DNA of 64,000 nucleotides from Rickettsiales bacterium (GTDB lineage Bacteria; Pseudomonadota; Alphaproteobacteria; Rs-D84): NCBI GenBank assembly GCA_031260805.1, contig JAISKV010000007.1, positions 4,822 to 68,821 of the forward strand, read 5' to 3'. Shown piece by piece: positions 63,571 to 64,000 of this stretch (position 1 is its first letter; each line of letters starts with the position of its first letter). The notes under the pieces were generated by a model. It saw only the letters and a program-made list of their open reading frames with translations, ran no database searches and was not told where the DNA came from. The position numbers and the translations under genes were made by a program.

Positions 63571-64000
63571 TCATTCCACGCAGCCGGGCGCGGTGCCGCC
63601 AAAGTTCCGCCAATCAACCCATGCGTTCTTGCATATTTCCGCCGCGCTTAACTGGCGGTTGTAAATTCTGACGGACTGAATTTCCATGTTCTGGCCGGCC
63701 GATCCGCAGTTTCTGGCGCCGATAAAAATATAGTCATTCTTAAACGCGCCCTTAATCGCAGTGCCGGCCGTATATATCCCGCTTGGGGCGACTTCCACCC
63801 CGTCAAAAAAAAACAGCCGCCCGCGCGGGTTTGTAATCGATGAAAACGAATTAGTTATCGTATGCGACTGCAAATCATTGATGTTGGCGGCATAGTTATT
63901 CGCGCCCGCGGCCGCGCTGGATATATTGTGGACCGTATGCATGGTGTTTGCTGCATACGCGCTGCCTGAATTGTTTATCGCCAAGCCGACCGCGCCGACA
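63571..64000 (-). CDS. LamG/concanavalin-like domain protein, C-terminal part (N-terminus beyond the right window edge)
   Basis: The frame stays open to position 64000 (the track TTG start at 63984 is probably internal). IQSVRIYNRQLSAAEI is the typical LamG_3 C-terminal signature (VRIYNRALSAAEI). Confidence 0.6.
   Translation of the reverse strand, partial: VGAVGLAINNSGSAYAANTMHTVHNISSAAAGANNYAANINDLQSHTITNSFSSITNPRGRLFFFDGVEVAPSGIYTAGTAIKGAFKNDYIFIGARNCGSAGQNMEIQSVRIYNRQLSAAEICKNAWVDWRNFGGTAPGCVE

Overview
This is a 64 kb chromosomal segment from a diderm (Gram-negative) bacterium. The diderm call rests on Lnt, SecB, TatA, MltA, a secretin and beta-barrel OMPs. A BP26/SIMPL protein, DUF721 and the overall gene set hint at an alphaproteobacterium-like lineage, but I cannot verify taxonomy. 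All calls come from reading the sequence and ORF track and recognising motifs by eye; no homology search was run.

Most of the window is housekeeping: ybeY-lnt, trxB, nrdJ plus a PduO-type adenosyltransferase, serS, typA, comM/yifB, ftsK, tatA, sufBC, dnaJ, thrS, gltX, trmB, rarA, ruvC, xth, secB, mltA, yebC, ruvA, mnmE and recA. There are three tRNAs: Arg-CCT, Val-CAC and Arg-TCT. I saw no rRNA, CRISPR array, transposase or integrase.

Accessory or unusual content:
1. An AT-rich islet at the left edge carries a lipoprotein and an AAA+ ATPase / S8 subtilase pair that resembles the ietAS anti-phage pair.
2. Two adjacent paralogous giant Cys- and Gly/Asn-rich surface proteins share a conserved MPSVPTLSIGV motif.
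3. A Cys-rich exported protein has a signal-peptide region that is a (CTCTT)7 pentamer tract and is currently out of frame, which looks like Opa-style phase variation. C9/G9 homopolymer tracts occur in two other accessory genes.
4. A promoter-to-terminator structured RNA of about 170 nt lies upstream of an alpha/beta-hydrolase-NUDIX fusion.
5. An orphan lipoprotein secretin sits next to a TcpQ/PilL-like gene.
6. Also present are a hipBA module beside a tRNA, a Fic-MerR fusion and a PIN-like gene after tRNA-Val.
7. A pervasive family of intergenic quasi-palindromes is built from mutated copies of short words. These also appear inside mnmE and in signal-peptide coding regions.
8. There is a REP-like (GNDG-type) palindromic repeat family.

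Many long ORFs in the six-frame track are antisense shadows of GC-rich genes and were rejected.
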